64,000 bases of DNA, taken from contig OY969934.1 in assembly GCA_963704725.1 (NCBI GenBank), positions 512,001 to 576,000 on the forward strand. Direction: 5' to 3'. Shown here piece after piece: positions 1 to 10,649 of the stretch. A program made the position numbers and the translations under genes. The stretch is from an uncultured Actinomycetes bacterium. Its GTDB lineage: Bacteria > Actinomycetota > UBA4738 > HRBIN12. The notes under the pieces are model-generated. The model worked only from the letters and a program-made list of their open reading frames with translations, had not been told where the DNA came from and did not search any database. Positions within the stretch are counted from its first letter, which is position 1. Every line of letters begins with the position of its first letter.

Positions 1-2
1 GC

Positions 3-359
3 GTCGCGGCCGGTCTCCCGTCGGACTTCGGCTTCCCCCTCGTGGTCGACCCGGCCGACCCGAACGCCGCCTACGTGATCCCGTTGAACTCAGATGGGGA
101 TCGGGTCACGGCCGAGGGACGCGTGCGGGTGTACGAGACCCGCGACGCCGGCCAGAGCTGGACGGCGCGGTCGCGGGGCCTCCCGGAGGCGGGGTATCTC
201 ACGATCCTGCGCCAGGCGTTCGGCCACGACGGCGGCGATCCGCTCGGCCTGTACTTCGGGGCCACGTCGGGCGACGTCTTCGGCTCGGCCGACGCGGGCG
301 CGACGTGGACACCGGTGGCCCGGGGCCTCGCCCCCGTGCTCTCGCTCCGCGTGGGCTGA
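3..359 (+). CDS. BNR/Asp-box repeat beta-propeller protein (sialidase/glycosyl hydrolase-like), 5' truncated by window edge
   Basis: Frame open from base 3 (GLPSDFGFPL...); Asp-box motifs TRDAGQSW and SADAGATW. Confidence 0.8.
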   Translation, partial: VAAGLPSDFGFPLVVDPADPNAAYVIPLNSDGDRVTAEGRVRVYETRDAGQSWTARSRGLPEAGYLTILRQAFGHDGGDPLGLYFGATSGDVFGSADAGATWTPVARGLAPVLSLRVG

Positions 360-391
360 GACCGCCACGGCCCGGCCGGACCCGGCACGCG

Positions 392-423
392 GAAAGGGGC
401 GGCCCGGGGAGGCCGCCCCTTTC
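392..423. terminator. Intrinsic terminator-like hairpin between convergent genes
   Basis: Perfect 13-bp inverted repeat GAAAGGGGCGGCC / GGCCGCCCCTTTC with 6-nt loop. Confidence 0.75.
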
Positions 424-439
424 GGCTGGAGCGGGGAAG

Positions 440-598
440 CTCCTCGTCCTCGTCCTCGTCGTCGCCCTCGCCGGACTCCTCGTCCTCGTCCCCGGGCTCC
501 ATCGAGACGACGGGCTCCTCGGCGCTCGGGACGGCCTCGGCGGGTTGCGTGCCCAGGACCTCCTCGATGTCGTGCTCGAGCGTGATCTCCTCCGCCAC
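440..598 (-). CDS. Small, highly acidic protein (~52 aa); stop codon apparently lost, so the ORF as assembled reads on to 71
   Basis: Strong SD GGAGGGAGG before GTG 598; MAEEITLEHDIEEVLG...EDEESGEGDDEDEDEE; after this the frame runs through the terminator hairpin and antisense to the BNR gene. Confidence 0.55.
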
Positions 599-817
599 GA
601 CCGACCTCCCTCCGTCGGGATCGAACGAATCTCACCCCTCGAAGATGTCGGGACGGGGAACCCGGCGCGGTCTGGCGACGAAGGCTGTGTGGCCGGTCCC
701 GAACCACCGGTCAACCGGCCCGATCGAGGCCGTATCCGCTGCTCGGGAGGGGGCGTCCGCCGCCCGCCGGAGGAGGGAATAGACCTGGTCTCCACGATGT
801 CTACACACATGAGTCCC

Positions 818-847
818 TTTACAGGGCGGCCCGTGCGCGCGTACCAT
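818..847 (+). promoter_or_regulatory. Sigma-70-type promoter for the sigma factor gene
   Basis: TTTACA-N18-TACCAT upstream of ATG 974. Confidence 0.5.
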
Positions 848-973
848 CCGATCGTTGGCCCGGGGGGCCTCGTTTTCTTGCGCCCGGGGCCGTGCCCGCA
901 AGAGTAGGTCCCGAAGCTCTCCGAGGGGCGCAGCTTGCCCGCCGGAGGAGGCTTCGAGGAGGAGAGTGAGTTC

Positions 974-1906
974 ATGCCAGAACCTGCACGGCCGCTCGGG
1001 ACGGATGACGCCGACGATCTGAGGCTGTACCTCGAGGCCGCGGCGCGCGAGCCCCTCCTCACCAAGGAGGAGGAGGTCGAGCTCGCCATCCTGATCGAGC
1101 ACGGCAAGGACGCGGAGGAGCGCCTCCGCGCCGGTCGTCTGCGGTCGGAGAAGTCGATCATGAAGGCGCGCCAGGAGGTTCGGAAGGCCGAGGCCGCGCG
1201 CCAGCGGTTCATCATGGCCAACCTCCGGCTGGTGGTCTCCGTGGCCCGCAAGTACCAGGGCCAGGGGCTGCCGCTGCTCGACCTGATCCAGGAGGGGAAC
1301 ATCGGGCTCATGCGCGCGGTCGAGCTCTTCGACTGGCGCCGGGGCTTCAAGTTCTCGACCTACGCGACGTGGTGGATCCGTCAGGGCATCACCCGGGCGA
1401 TCGCCGACCGTTCGCGCTCGATCCGCCTGCCCGTCCACATCCACGACCGGCTGCGCAAGCTGAACCGCACCCGGTTCCAGTTCGCTCAGACGATGGGCCG
1501 GGAGCCGAGCCGGGAGGAGCTGGCCAAGGCGCTCGACACCACCGTCGAGGAGATCGACGATCTGACCGAGATGGGGCGCCGCGAGCCGCTCTCGCTGCAG
1601 TCGCCCGTCGGCGAGGACACCGAGCTGGGCGACCTGATCGAAGAGGTCGACTCGGACGCGCCGTTCAACGAGGTCGAGGACGCGCTGCTCCGCGAGGAGA
1701 TCGGCACGGCCGTGGACCGGGTGCTCGACGAGCGTGAGCGCCACGTGGTCGCGCTCCGGTACGGCCTCGAGAACGGCCAGCCGCTGTCGCTGCGGGAGAC
1801 GGGCAAGGTGCTCGGTCTGTCGGGCGAGCGTGTGCGGCTGATCGAGCGCGAAGCGCTGCGCAAGCTCCGCGACTCCAACCTGATCTCGGCCGTCGCCGCC
1901 AACTGA
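974..1906 (+). CDS. RNA polymerase sigma-70 factor, RpoD/SigB (group 2-like), lacking region 1.1
   Basis: Region 1.2 (LRLYL...[12 protein letters not shown]), region 2 ([33 protein letters not shown]), region 4 (LSLRETG...[17 protein letters not shown]). Confidence 0.93.
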   Translation: MPEPARPLGTDDADDLRLYLEAAAREPLLTKEEEVELAILIEHGKDAEERLRAGRLRSEKSIMKARQEVRKAEAARQRFIMANLRLVVSVARKYQGQGLPLLDLIQEGNIGLMRAVELFDWRRGFKFSTYATWWIRQGITRAIADRSRSIRLPVHIHDRLRKLNRTRFQFAQTMGREPSREELAKALDTTVEEIDDLTEMGRREPLSLQSPVGEDTELGDLIEEVDSDAPFNEVEDALLREEIGTAVDRVLDERERHVVALRYGLENGQPLSLRETGKVLGLSGERVRLIEREALRKLRDSNLISAVAAN

Positions 1907-1944
1907 CCGCGGCGCCCTCGGGCGCCGCATCGAGGGGGCCGAGC

Positions 1945-2661
1945 ATGTCCCCGTGGCGCAAGCGAAGGTTGCGGTCCGAGCCCACCGCCGCGGGCGATCC
2001 TCCGGGCTGGATCCGACGGACGGTGTCGATCGCGGTCGACCCCGTGCGGCTCCCCGGCGACCTCGTCGTTCCCGCGCCCGCCAGGGCGGTGGTCGTCTTC
2101 GCGCACGGAAGCGGCTCCAGCCGGTCGTCCCCTCGCAACGTCGCCGTCGCGACCACGCTGAACGGGTCCGGGCTCGCCACCCTGCTGTTCGACCTCCTCA
2201 CCCCGGGGGAGGCGGAGGATCGAGCGCGGGTCTTCGACGTCGACCTGCTCGCGGCGCGTCTGGGGGCGGCGGCCAGGTGGCTCGCCCAGTGGCCCGCCCT
2301 GCGGGACGTCCCGATCGCGTTCTTCGGCGCGAGCACCGGCGCGGCGGCCGCCCTCATCGCGGCGTCGGCGTTCGGCACAGGGGTGTGTGCGGTCGTCTCG
2401 CGCGGGGGACGGCCGGATCTCGCCGGCCCGGCCCTCGAGCGCGTCGTGGCGCCCACGCTGCTGATCGTCGGCGGGGCGGATGCGGACGTCCTCGCGCTGA
2501 ACCGCGAGGCGGCCGCGCGGCTGGCCGGAGAGCACCGGGTCGAGGTGATCGCGGGCGCCGGACACCTGTTCGAGGAGCCCGGGGCGCTCGAGCGGGTCGC
2601 GGAGCTCGCGGCCGAGTGGATCTCGAGCCGGGCCGCGAACGCCTCCGGACGACGCGGGTAG
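1945..2661 (+). CDS. Dienelactone hydrolase-like alpha/beta hydrolase
   Basis: FAHGSGSSR, GASTG nucleophile elbow, VSRGGRPDLA, GAGHLFEEPG. Confidence 0.85.
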   Translation: MSPWRKRRLRSEPTAAGDPPGWIRRTVSIAVDPVRLPGDLVVPAPARAVVVFAHGSGSSRSSPRNVAVATTLNGSGLATLLFDLLTPGEAEDRARVFDVDLLAARLGAAARWLAQWPALRDVPIAFFGASTGAAAALIAASAFGTGVCAVVSRGGRPDLAGPALERVVAPTLLIVGGADADVLALNREAAARLAGEHRVEVIAGAGHLFEEPGALERVAELAAEWISSRAANASGRRG

Positions 2662-2692
2662 GGTTGGGCCCGTCCCCGTCCGAGGAGGCTCC

Positions 2693-2977
2693 ATGCTGCT
2701 GCATCTGTCGATCCACCGACCGGTCGCGGGAAAGGAGCGGGACCTGATCGATTCGATGCACCGGTTCGGTCGTGGCGACGGCCGGCCCATGGAGGGACTT
2801 CGCGACGCGTTCACGCTCCGGGACCGGGAGACGGGGACCCTCGTGGGGCTCACCATCTGGGAGTCGGAGGAGGCGTTCCGAGCCGGGGTGCCGCGGATGA
2901 GGGCGGCGGTCGAGGGCGACGACTTCGCATCGTGGGAGCAGGACGGTCCCGAGGTCTACCTGCTCGAGCCGGTCTGA
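2693..2977 (+). CDS. ABM (antibiotic biosynthesis monooxygenase)-like protein
   Basis: SD GAGGAGG; 94 aa; LTIWESEEAF motif. Confidence 0.7.
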   Translation: MLLHLSIHRPVAGKERDLIDSMHRFGRGDGRPMEGLRDAFTLRDRETGTLVGLTIWESEEAFRAGVPRMRAAVEGDDFASWEQDGPEVYLLEPV

Positions 2978-3483
2978 CGCCGGGGCTCGGGCACGAGCCG
3001 CATCAGCCCCATCGTGAACAGGATCAGCAGCGCGGCGCCGCCCGCCGCGGCGGCCCACGCCGGGGGAGGAACGCCGGCCGCGGGCGCATCGGCGAAGCCG
3101 GGGTCGACCCCGGGGCCGGTATCGGGTGGCGGCTCGAACCGCACGATCCGCAGCGTCTCCCCCCGGCGCTCGACCACGGCGTAGGCTCGCGCCACGGCGC
3201 CGTCCGTACGGACGACCTGGAAGGGAACGAGGAAGGTTCCGCCCGGCCGAGGCCGCGCGTCGCCGACCTCGATCACGTCGAGCTCGCCGGGATCGAGGTC
3301 CTCCCAGCCGGGCAGGACCGTGTCGGAGATCGCCCCGGATGCGTAACGGTCCGGTCGGCCCGCCGCCCCTTGGCTGAGCGAGATCAGCCAGCGCTCGACG
3401 ACGCCCTCGGGCCGCTCGATCCCTCCGCAGGAGGGCACCAGGAGCGCCGTGACGAGGGCCGACGCCAGCCACGCTCGCCTCAC
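2956..3483 (-). CDS. Hypothetical lipoprotein with C-terminal membrane anchor
   Basis: GTG 3483 overlaps the MFS stop (GTGA); signal peptide RRAWLASALVTALLVPSC; C-terminal hydrophobic helix. Confidence 0.6.
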   Translation of the reverse strand: MRRAWLASALVTALLVPSCGGIERPEGVVERWLISLSQGAAGRPDRYASGAISDTVLPGWEDLDPGELDVIEVGDARPRPGGTFLVPFQVVRTDGAVARAYAVVERRGETLRIVRFEPPPDTGPGVDPGFADAPAAGVPPPAWAAAAGGAALLILFTMGLMRLVPEPRRQTGSSR

Positions 3484-4775
3484 GACGCGACCGCCGACGT
3501 GTCCATGGCGACGAGATCCACGCGCCGGGTCTCCGGCAGGTAGCGCCAGGCGATGAACATCGCGCCCGGGACGAACGCGATGATCGCCAGGCTCATGGCG
3601 TCGCCGATCGATCCGATCGGACCCGTGACGTGGTCGCCCAGGATGCCCACGATCAGCGGGGCCACGATCGCCCCCGGCACCTCGAACGCATTGCGGCACC
3701 AGGCGGCCGCGCGGCTCCGGACGTAGGTGGGGAAGAGCTCGGTGGAGAACGCCGACGTCATCGCGACCGAGCCGAGCCCGAAGAAGATCGCGAGGCACAG
3801 GACCGGGAGCATCAACAGCTCGGAGTGGATCTGGAACAGCCAGGTGCCGAACCCGAGCGTCCCGGCCATGTAGATCTGGAACACGGGGATCCTCCCGTAC
3901 CGGTCCATGAGCCGGCCCGCCACGATGAAGCCCACGGCGCCGAGCACGCCGGCCGCCGCCAGGTACAGCCCGGAGGTCGACACCGACATACCGACCTCCT
4001 GCTGTGCGTAGTAGGCCCACCAGAACGAGGCGGCGGCCACGGCCGCGTGGCGGAAGAACGTGAGGAGGCCGACGGCGAGGATGCGCCGGCGGAACGCCGG
4101 CCGCCAGGGCTCCCACACGCTCGTGTGGTCGAGGCGGGCGCTGGCCGGGTCGGCCGCGACCGCGAGGTAGCGCTCGGTCTCGAGCATGCCGCGGCGGCCG
4201 AGGGCGATCAGGCCGAGGGGGATCAGGTTGACGAGGTAGAACGCGCGCCACGACAGCGGTGTCGACTGCAGCCCGATGAACGCGAGCACGCCGACGAGGA
4301 TGCCGCCGAGCGTGTTCATGGACGTGACGATCCCGAGGGCCCGTCCTCGCTCGTGCGTCGGGAAGTCCTCCACCACCATCGTGATGGCGACGGCCCATTC
4401 CGCCCCGAGGAACACCTGCGCCAGGAACTGGGCGCCGGCGAGGAAGACCAGCCCCGGCGAGAGGGCCGTGAGGAAGGCCGAGAGCGTGTAGCCGACGATC
4501 GTGATCAGCAGGAGTCGCTTGCGCCCGATGCGGTCCGCCTGCGCCGCGAGCGCGAACGCCACGACCGCTCCGAGCCCCACGAGCGCCCGGATCCACCCCG
4601 CCTGGGACTCGCTCCCGCCGAGGTCGCCGAGGATGAGCGCGAGGACGAAGGACAGGACGAACGTGTCGTAGCCCTCGAAGAAGGTGGCGGCCGAGAGCAG
4701 GACCAGCAGCTTGCGCCGGTACTGGGGTGGGTGGAGCTCGCGGCCGGCGTCCTCGACGTCCACGGCCGGCATCAT
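3480..4775 (-). CDS. MFS transporter (aromatic acid/sugar porter-like)
   Basis: FFEGYD, ADRIGRK and MDRYGR motif A, ELFPTYVRS, PETR; start may instead be GTG 4763. Confidence 0.9.
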   Translation of the reverse strand: MMPAVDVEDAGRELHPPQYRRKLLVLLSAATFFEGYDTFVLSFVLALILGDLGGSESQAGWIRALVGLGAVVAFALAAQADRIGRKRLLLITIVGYTLSAFLTALSPGLVFLAGAQFLAQVFLGAEWAVAITMVVEDFPTHERGRALGIVTSMNTLGGILVGVLAFIGLQSTPLSWRAFYLVNLIPLGLIALGRRGMLETERYLAVAADPASARLDHTSVWEPWRPAFRRRILAVGLLTFFRHAAVAAASFWWAYYAQQEVGMSVSTSGLYLAAAGVLGAVGFIVAGRLMDRYGRIPVFQIYMAGTLGFGTWLFQIHSELLMLPVLCLAIFFGLGSVAMTSAFSTELFPTYVRSRAAAWCRNAFEVPGAIVAPLIVGILGDHVTGPIGSIGDAMSLAIIAFVPGAMFIAWRYLPETRRVDLVAMDTSAVAS

Positions 4776-4824
4776 GCCCGAGGGCGCCGCACCACGCATC
4801 CGCCGCGGTCGGGGCGGAGCGGCC

Positions 4825-5490
4825 TCATGCCAGCCGGCGAGCCTCTTCGACCTGCCGCCCGATGCTCTCCATGACCAGGTCCGTGAGTCGCTGCGCGTCC
4901 GCCGAGGAGGCGACGGCTCCCTCCGGGACCACCGGCGGGCCGAAGGCCAGCCCGAGCTTCGGCCGCCAGGGGCGGTGGGCGTGGAGTCCCTGCTTCGGGT
5001 ATCGGCGGTGCGTTCCCCAGATGCCCACGGGAACGACGGGAGCTCCCGACGCGATCGCGATCCGGGCCGCCCCCCGGCGCCCTCGCTGCAGGCCCTGCTC
5101 GGGGCGGGGGTTCACCCGGCCTTCGGCGAAGACCCCGGCCAGGGCCCCCGAGCGCACCGTCCGGATGGCCTCGTCGAGCGCCCCCGAGTCGCCCTCGCCG
5201 CGGCGCACCGGGATCTGCCGGTAGGTGCGGAGCGCCCATCCGAACATCCGGGTGCGGAAGAACTCGGCCCCGGCGAGGAATCGGATCATCCGCCGCCGGT
5301 CCCGTCCCACGACGAGCGCGAGCGCGACGCCGTCGAGCGCGCTGATGTGGTTGCACACGACGATGGCGGGGCCGGTCGCGGGCACGTGATCGACGCCGCT
5401 CACCCGGATCCGGAAGAAGACCCGCCCCGCCGCGCCGACCAGTGCCACGCCGAGGCGCCACCACCCGTTGAGCTCGCCGCGCCGGGACAT
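4825..5490 (-). CDS. 1-acyl-sn-glycerol-3-phosphate acyltransferase (PlsC family)
   Basis: NHISALD (HX4D), FAEGR, VVPVGIWG. Confidence 0.88.
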   Translation of the reverse strand: MSRRGELNGWWRLGVALVGAAGRVFFRIRVSGVDHVPATGPAIVVCNHISALDGVALALVVGRDRRRMIRFLAGAEFFRTRMFGWALRTYRQIPVRRGEGDSGALDEAIRTVRSGALAGVFAEGRVNPRPEQGLQRGRRGAARIAIASGAPVVPVGIWGTHRRYPKQGLHAHRPWRPKLGLAFGPPVVPEGAVASSADAQRLTDLVMESIGRQVEEARRLA

Positions 5491-5569
5491 CGCGGCCGGA
5501 TGCTACCCGCGGTCGGAGCGGGCCCGACGGCTAGGATGGCCTGGGACGGCGCACGAACGAGGGGGCGGC

Positions 5570-6751
5570 GTGGAGCCGACGGCCATCGAACGGATCGGCG
5601 CGACCGCAGGCGGGCGGTACGAGGAGTACGTCGGAGCGCTCGAGCGGATGGTCGACGTCGACTGCGGCTCGTACACGCCCGAGGGCGTGAACGAGATCGC
5701 GGACCTGTGCGCGGCGCGCTTCTCCGCCCGCGGCTGGTCCGTCGAACGCCGGCCTCACGTGCCCGCCGGCGGCGAGCCGCGGCTCGGCGACCTCCTGATC
5801 GGTCGGCTCGACGGCTCCGGGGGGCCCCGCGTGCTCCTCATCGGGCACACGGACACGGTGTTCGATCCGGGCACCGCCGCGGAGCGGCCCTTCAAGATCG
5901 AGGGCGACCGGGCGCTCGGGCCGGGGGTCTCGGACATGAAGGGCGGGCTCCTGCTGGGGTTCTTCGCCGTGGAGGTGCTCCAGGAGGCCGGGTTCGACGG
6001 GTTCGGGCGGATCACCTACGTGTGCAACCCCGACGAGGAGATCGGATCGCCGTGGTCGCGGGAGACGATCCGGGCGCTGGCGGCGGAGGCCGACGCGGCG
6101 TTCGTGCTGGAGGGGGCCCGCGAGAACGGCGACATCGTCTCCTCCCGCAAGGGGGTCTCGGACTTCCGGATCGAGATCGTCGGCCGGGCTGCGCACGCCG
6201 GCGTCGAGCCCGAGCGCGGACGCAGCGCCATCCTCGAAGCCGCGTACAAGACCGTGGCGCTCCAGTCCCTGAACGGGCGGTGGCCGGGCGTGACCGTCAA
6301 CGTGGGCGTCGTTCGGGGTGGCACTCGGACCAACGTGGTGGCCGAGCGATGCGCCATCGAGGTCGACGTGCGCTCGCCGCAGGAGGCGACGCTCTCGGCG
6401 GCCGAAGCCGAGGTGGAGCGCATCGCCCGTGAGCACAGCGTGCCGGACGTGACGGCCACCCTGACAGGCGGCGCCTGGCACCGGCCGATGGAGAGGGGCG
6501 AGGGCGGGGCTCGGCTGGCCGCCCTGGCCACGGCGGTGGCCCGCGAGCTCGGTTTCGAGCTCCGGGACGCGGCCACCGGGGGTGCCTCGGACGCCAACAC
6601 CACCTCGGCGGCGGGGGTCCCGACGCTCGACGGTCTCGGCCCGGTGGGCGGCGACGACCACGGGCCTCGAGAATGGATCGATCTGACGAGCGTGGTGCCG
6701 CGAATCGCTCTGTTGAGCGGTCTGATCTCCAGGCTGGACGGGGTGCTCTGA
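5570..6751 (+). CDS. M20 family metallopeptidase (glutamate carboxypeptidase-like)
   Basis: GHTDTV, GPGVSDMKGG, DEEIGS, AHAG, GGASDAN, H near C-terminus. Confidence 0.9.
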   Translation: MEPTAIERIGATAGGRYEEYVGALERMVDVDCGSYTPEGVNEIADLCAARFSARGWSVERRPHVPAGGEPRLGDLLIGRLDGSGGPRVLLIGHTDTVFDPGTAAERPFKIEGDRALGPGVSDMKGGLLLGFFAVEVLQEAGFDGFGRITYVCNPDEEIGSPWSRETIRALAAEADAAFVLEGARENGDIVSSRKGVSDFRIEIVGRAAHAGVEPERGRSAILEAAYKTVALQSLNGRWPGVTVNVGVVRGGTRTNVVAERCAIEVDVRSPQEATLSAAEAEVERIAREHSVPDVTATLTGGAWHRPMERGEGGARLAALATAVARELGFELRDAATGGASDANTTSAAGVPTLDGLGPVGGDDHGPREWIDLTSVVPRIALLSGLISRLDGVL

Positions 6752-6768
6752 CGAGGGAGGGGGCACGC

Positions 6769-7248
6769 GTGGACGTCGGCAGCGTGCGGATCGACAAGCC
6801 GGACGACCTGAACGTGATCGTCGGGCAGTCGCACTTCATCAAGACGGTCGAGGACCTGCACGAGACCTGCGCGCTCGTGCCGGGGATGCGGTTCGGCATC
6901 GCGTTCAACGAGGCCAGCGGACCGTGCCTGGTCCGGCGGAGCGGGAACGACGACGAGCTCGTCGAGGTGGCGGTGGGAGCGGCCCGGGCCATCGGAGCCG
7001 GCCACGTCTTCGTCATCGCGATGCGGGACGCCTTCCCGGTCAGCGTGCTGAACGCGATCAAGGCGGTACCCGAGGTCTGCCGGATCTTCTGCGCCACCGC
7101 GAACCCGCTCGAGGTTCTGGTCGGCGAGACCGAGCTCGGACGGGGCGTGCTGGGCGTGATCGACGGCTCCCCGCCGCAGGGTGTGGAGACGGACCGAGAC
7201 GTCGAGGAGCGCAAGGAGCTCCTGCGGCGGTTCGGGTACAAGCTGTGA
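6769..7248 (+). CDS. Adenosine-specific kinase family protein (DUF355/PAE2307-like)
   Basis: NVIVGQSHFIKTVEDL, AFNEASG, GAGHVF, CATANP, GRGVLGVIDG, C-terminal FGYKL. Confidence 0.88.
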   Translation: MDVGSVRIDKPDDLNVIVGQSHFIKTVEDLHETCALVPGMRFGIAFNEASGPCLVRRSGNDDELVEVAVGAARAIGAGHVFVIAMRDAFPVSVLNAIKAVPEVCRIFCATANPLEVLVGETELGRGVLGVIDGSPPQGVETDRDVEERKELLRRFGYKL

Positions 7249-8378
7249 GCAGGGTTCCGATCTCCCCCGAGTTCCTGCAGGGGCTCCGCGAGGCGCACGA
7301 GACGTATCGGCACCTCGTCGAGGGCATCCCCGCGATCTTGTACGTCGACGCCGTCGACGACGCCTGGACCTGTCTCTACGTCAGCCCGCAGCTGGACACG
7401 GTCCTCGGGATCCCCCCGGAGCGGTGGCTCCGGGACCCGGCGGCGGTGTCGGACCTGATGGATCCACGAGACCGGAAGCGGGTGGCGGCCGAGCGCCGGC
7501 GCTGCAACCGGTCGGGTGAGGCCCTGCGGGCCGAGTACCGGCTGCGAGCCGGCGACGGCAGGGAGGTGTGGATCCGCGACGAGGCGGCGATGGTGCGCGA
7601 CGACGACGGCGGCCCGATGTACTGGCGTGGGGTCATGGTCGACGTCACGGAGCGCCGGGCCACCGAGGCGCGGCTCCGGCGGAGCCTGGCCGATCTGCGC
7701 CGGGCCACCGAGGACCGGCGCCGCCTCCTCATGCGGATCGAGCAGGCACAGGAGGAGGAGCGCCGGCGGATCGCTTCGGACATCCACGACGACTCGATCC
7801 AGGTGGTGACGGCGGCGCAGGTCCGCGCGCAGGCCCTGGCGACCAGGCTGGACGACGGCGACCTGCGGGCCGAGACCGAGGCCCTGCGGGACACCCTCCG
7901 GGAGGCCGTCGAGCGGCTGCGGCACCTCGTGTTCGAGCTTCGGCCTCCCACGCTCGGACGCGACGGCCTCGTCCGGGCCCTGCGCTCGTACGTGTGGGGT
8001 CGCGAGGGGCCGGAGGTCCAGGTGGAGGACGGGCTCGGCTCCGAGCCGCCGGAGGACGTTGCCGCGCTCCTGTTCCGGATCGCACAGGAGGCGATCACGA
8101 ATGCCCGCAAGCACGCCGGGGCCACGCGCATCACGGTGACCGTGCTCTCCGAGCCCGACGCGGTGCGGCTCCGTATCAGCGACGACGGGGCCGGGTTCGA
8201 CGTCTCGGTGGTGGAGGCCCCCGATCCCGGCCACATCGGGCTGGCCGCGATGATCGAGCGCGCCGAGGTGGCGGGTGGCCGCCTGCGGATCGACAGCGTC
8301 CGAGGGGCCGGGACCACCATCGAGGCCTGGATGCCGATCGGGGCGGGGGCGCCGCCCGAGGTCATTCCCGGGTCGTGA
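7245..8378 (+). CDS. PAS-domain sensor histidine kinase (HisKA_3/NarL type), soluble
   Basis: PAS/PAC (YVSPQ, EYRL, VWIRD, DVTERR), ERRRIASDIHDDSIQ, QEAITNARKHA, DDGAGF, GTTI; GTGA overlap with upstream gene. Confidence 0.92.
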   Translation: MSRVPISPEFLQGLREAHETYRHLVEGIPAILYVDAVDDAWTCLYVSPQLDTVLGIPPERWLRDPAAVSDLMDPRDRKRVAAERRRCNRSGEALRAEYRLRAGDGREVWIRDEAAMVRDDDGGPMYWRGVMVDVTERRATEARLRRSLADLRRATEDRRRLLMRIEQAQEEERRRIASDIHDDSIQVVTAAQVRAQALATRLDDGDLRAETEALRDTLREAVERLRHLVFELRPPTLGRDGLVRALRSYVWGREGPEVQVEDGLGSEPPEDVAALLFRIAQEAITNARKHAGATRITVTVLSEPDAVRLRISDDGAGFDVSVVEAPDPGHIGLAAMIERAEVAGGRLRIDSVRGAGTTIEAWMPIGAGAPPEVIPGS

Positions 8379-9435
8379 CCTTGGATGCGCGCATGTACTG
8401 GCCGGGCGTCCGCCCCCGGCTCTGCGCGAGCTTCCACGCCAGGAGCTGCACCGGGATGATCGACACGGCGGACAGGAGCGCCCGGTCCACGTAGCCCGTC
8501 GCGACCGGCCGGGCGCCCTTGGGCGCCTCGCCGTCGGGCGTGACGACGAGCACGTTCGCCCCGGCGTCGACGAGGTCCGCCGCGAGCCCGAGGTCGAGCC
8601 GTCGGGTCTCGGGCTCGGTGGCGAACACGATCGCCGTCATCTTCGGCCCCGCCAGCTCGAGCGGGCCGTGGCGGAACGCGCCGGCCTCGAACGACTCCGA
8701 CACCACGCCCGACTCCCTGAGCACGAGCGCGCCCATCTCGGTGGCGGCGCGGGCCGGGCCGCGGCCGATCACGGCCATGACCTCTCGCTCGCCGTGCCAC
8801 GCCGCCAGGTCGGACGCGAAGCCCTGCGGGTCGTCGAGGAGGCGCTCGGCCGACAGCGCCGCTCCCTCGGCGGCCGTGCGGGTCCGGTCGACCGCGGTCT
8901 CGACGCTGTCGCCGGCGAGGAGCCGCGCCAGTCCCGACAGCGTCGCCATCGCCGCGGCGAACGTCATGGTGGAGGGGCCGAGCTCCTGGCCGACCCGGGT
9001 GTCGATCGTCACGTCGGCCCGCCGGGCCAGCTCGTTCTCGAGCCCGTTCGTGATCGAGACGAGGAACGGCCGGGAACGCTGCTTCGCGATGTCGCTCATC
9101 AGCTTGACGATCTCGGCGCTCGCGCCCGACTGGCTGACGACGACGGCGAGCGCCTGGTCCGACAGGATGGCCCGGCGAAAGTGCAGCAGCTCCGCGGTGT
9201 CGACGAGCAGTGCCGGGACGCCCCGGCCGGCCAGGTCGTTCACCGCGGGGTAGCAGGCGTCGTACGAGCTCCCCATGCCGGTGAACGCGATCGTGCGCGC
9301 GGCGGCGGCGCCTTGGCGGACGCGGTCGAGGTGTTCGCGCTGCTCGACGAGCGACATCGCGGCGCGGCGCATCGCGTCCGGCTGGCCGGCGATCTCGGCC
9401 AGGAAGGGGTCGGAGAAGCCCTCGAGTGATCTCAT
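8362..9435 (-). CDS. Double-SIS domain protein (GlmS C-terminal/AgaS-like; putative amino-sugar phosphate deaminase), copy 1
   Basis: EIAGQP, GMGSSY, VSQSGASAE, FRHGPLE, C-terminal SKVTTRE. Confidence 0.88.
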   Translation of the reverse strand: MRSLEGFSDPFLAEIAGQPDAMRRAAMSLVEQREHLDRVRQGAAAARTIAFTGMGSSYDACYPAVNDLAGRGVPALLVDTAELLHFRRAILSDQALAVVVSQSGASAEIVKLMSDIAKQRSRPFLVSITNGLENELARRADVTIDTRVGQELGPSTMTFAAAMATLSGLARLLAGDSVETAVDRTRTAAEGAALSAERLLDDPQGFASDLAAWHGEREVMAVIGRGPARAATEMGALVLRESGVVSESFEAGAFRHGPLELAGPKMTAIVFATEPETRRLDLGLAADLVDAGANVLVVTPDGEAPKGARPVATGYVDRALLSAVSIIPVQLLAWKLAQSRGRTPGQYMRASKVTTRE

Positions 9436-9441
9436 CGGGGG

Positions 9442-9447
9442 AGTGTA
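9442..9447 (-). promoter_or_regulatory. Leaderless -10 element for SIS copy 1
   Basis: TACACT 6 nt before ATG 9435; no SD. Confidence 0.5.
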
Positions 9448-9456
9448 CGGCGCCGC

Positions 9457-10647
<1,191 letters not shown>

Positions 10648-10649
10648 CG

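Noticed and set aside
71-439. C-terminal extension of the acidic protein to 175 aa
   Set aside because: Runs through a terminator hairpin and antisense to the BNR gene, and composition changes abruptly; probably a lost stop codon
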